Shown here one piece after another: positions 63,344 through 64,000 of a stretch of DNA of 64,000 nt; the first letter of the stretch is position 1; every line of letters starts with the position of its first letter. Position numbers and translations under genes: made by a program. The stretch covers positions 1 through 64,000 of the forward strand of contig CAWBOS010000011.1 of assembly GCA_963790475.1 (NCBI GenBank). Direction: 5' to 3'. The DNA comes from an uncultured delta proteobacterium (GTDB lineage: Bacteria; Desulfobacterota; RBG-13-43-22). The notes under the pieces are model-generated. The model was not told the DNA's origin. It did not search any database and saw only the letters and a list, made by a program, of their open reading frames with translations.

Positions 63344-63520
63344 TTTCACCGCAGAGGCCCAGAGGAAGCACTGAAGAATATTTTTTGCTTTCCGTTGAGA
63401 GGATGGAAAGCAAAAAGAGCTTTTTTCATTTGCCTGTTTCTTGCCGGCAAATGAAAATTTTATCTCAGCGTTCGCGTCTCGAACGAGTCTCTCTTTTATC
63501 GGGAAGAGTAGGCGGTGAAA
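63344..63520. repeat. Repeat family A-related element, not carrying IS110
   Basis: TTTCACCGCAGAG ... GGCGGTGAAA ends, with two internal hairpins. Confidence 0.7.
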
Positions 63521-63574
63521 AAATGTTTCTGTGATATAACCTATTTTATGATGTCGTTATTAAGATCGACAGAA

Positions 63575-63705
63575 GATGAGTTCTCAAAAAGTCGTCTCCC
63601 CGGCGAAAGCCGGGGTCCAGGAGATTAAAACTACTTAAAATCACTGGATTTCGGCTTTCGCCGGAATGACTAATGCGGGTTTCGGTGACTTTTTGCGAGT
63701 TCATC
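63575..63705. mobile_element. 131-bp MITE-like element containing a family B palindrome
   Basis: TIR GATGAGTTCTCAAAAAGTC / GACTTTTTGCGAGTTCATC, flanked by an ACAGAA direct repeat. Confidence 0.72.
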
Positions 63706-63894
63706 ACAGAAGAGAAATAACTTAAGTCAGAGAAATCTCTATTTTGGTTCGATTAACAAAGAAAAGGAATTCGCCGATGATTTTGAAGGCTGATGTCTAT
63801 GGAGGCCGGTCTTTCTTACCCAACCTTATCCATTGACATTACGGGGGACAGGAGATATTTTTTATCCATTACAACTATAAAAAAGGAAATTGAA

Positions 63895-64000
63895 ATGGAA
63901 CATGCCAAGCCCAGCGAGGTTTATCAAAAATTACGCGAAAAATTGGACCAATATTCCTGCGGCTTTCCGCTTACCGAATCGGGGGTGGAGTTCAAGATCC
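63895..64000 (+). CDS. 5' end of a probable 4Fe-4S-binding protein (runs off the window)
   Basis: AAGGA RBS; MEHAKPSEVYQKLREKLDQYSCGFPLTESGVEFKI resembles N-termini of deltaproteobacterial ferredoxin-domain proteins. Confidence 0.5.
   Translation, partial: MEHAKPSEVYQKLREKLDQYSCGFPLTESGVEFKI

Noticed and set aside
63340-63534. 64-aa ORF, and the similar ORF at 34457-34660
   Set aside because: Both are translations of repeat family A elements, not credible genes.

Overview
Chromosomal window from an anaerobic Desulfobacterota (deltaproteobacterium)-like genome; the taxonomy is inferred from gene content only. The housekeeping backbone comprises glnD(3' part)-glnA-glnE, tRNA-Phe, rsmE, prmA, larB, dsbC, cobT, acs, an OFA-type MFS transporter, an AcuC-like deacetylase, two-component genes, a thiolase and glgX. 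Accessory content: (1) Two apparently identical 1602-bp IS110-family elements, both inserted at an AG/CT core inside the terminal repeat of one host intergenic repeat family. Their right end holds a two-loop bridge-RNA candidate whose guide segments match the target repeat and the element's own circle junction, and the junction rebuilds a TTGACA-N17-TATATT promoter. (2) Two integrase-less attC cassette arrays (about 7.3-14.0 kb and 61.3-62.6 kb), with cassettes broken by IS1380 and IS1634 elements. (3) A tRNA-Phe-adjacent ~18 kb catabolic cluster joining a four-component corrinoid methyltransferase system to three acyl-CoA ligases, a FadR regulator and a Liv-type ABC transporter. (4) A three-gene FapF/FapD-like secretion locus whose apparent cargo is a Cys-free phospholipase-A2-like protein rather than an amyloid, with an L-x7-VRG motif shared by cargo and barrel. 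This is the best candidate for an undescribed system. Six single-base frameshifts in short homopolymers suggest sequencing error. All family assignments come from motif recognition by eye; no searches were run.
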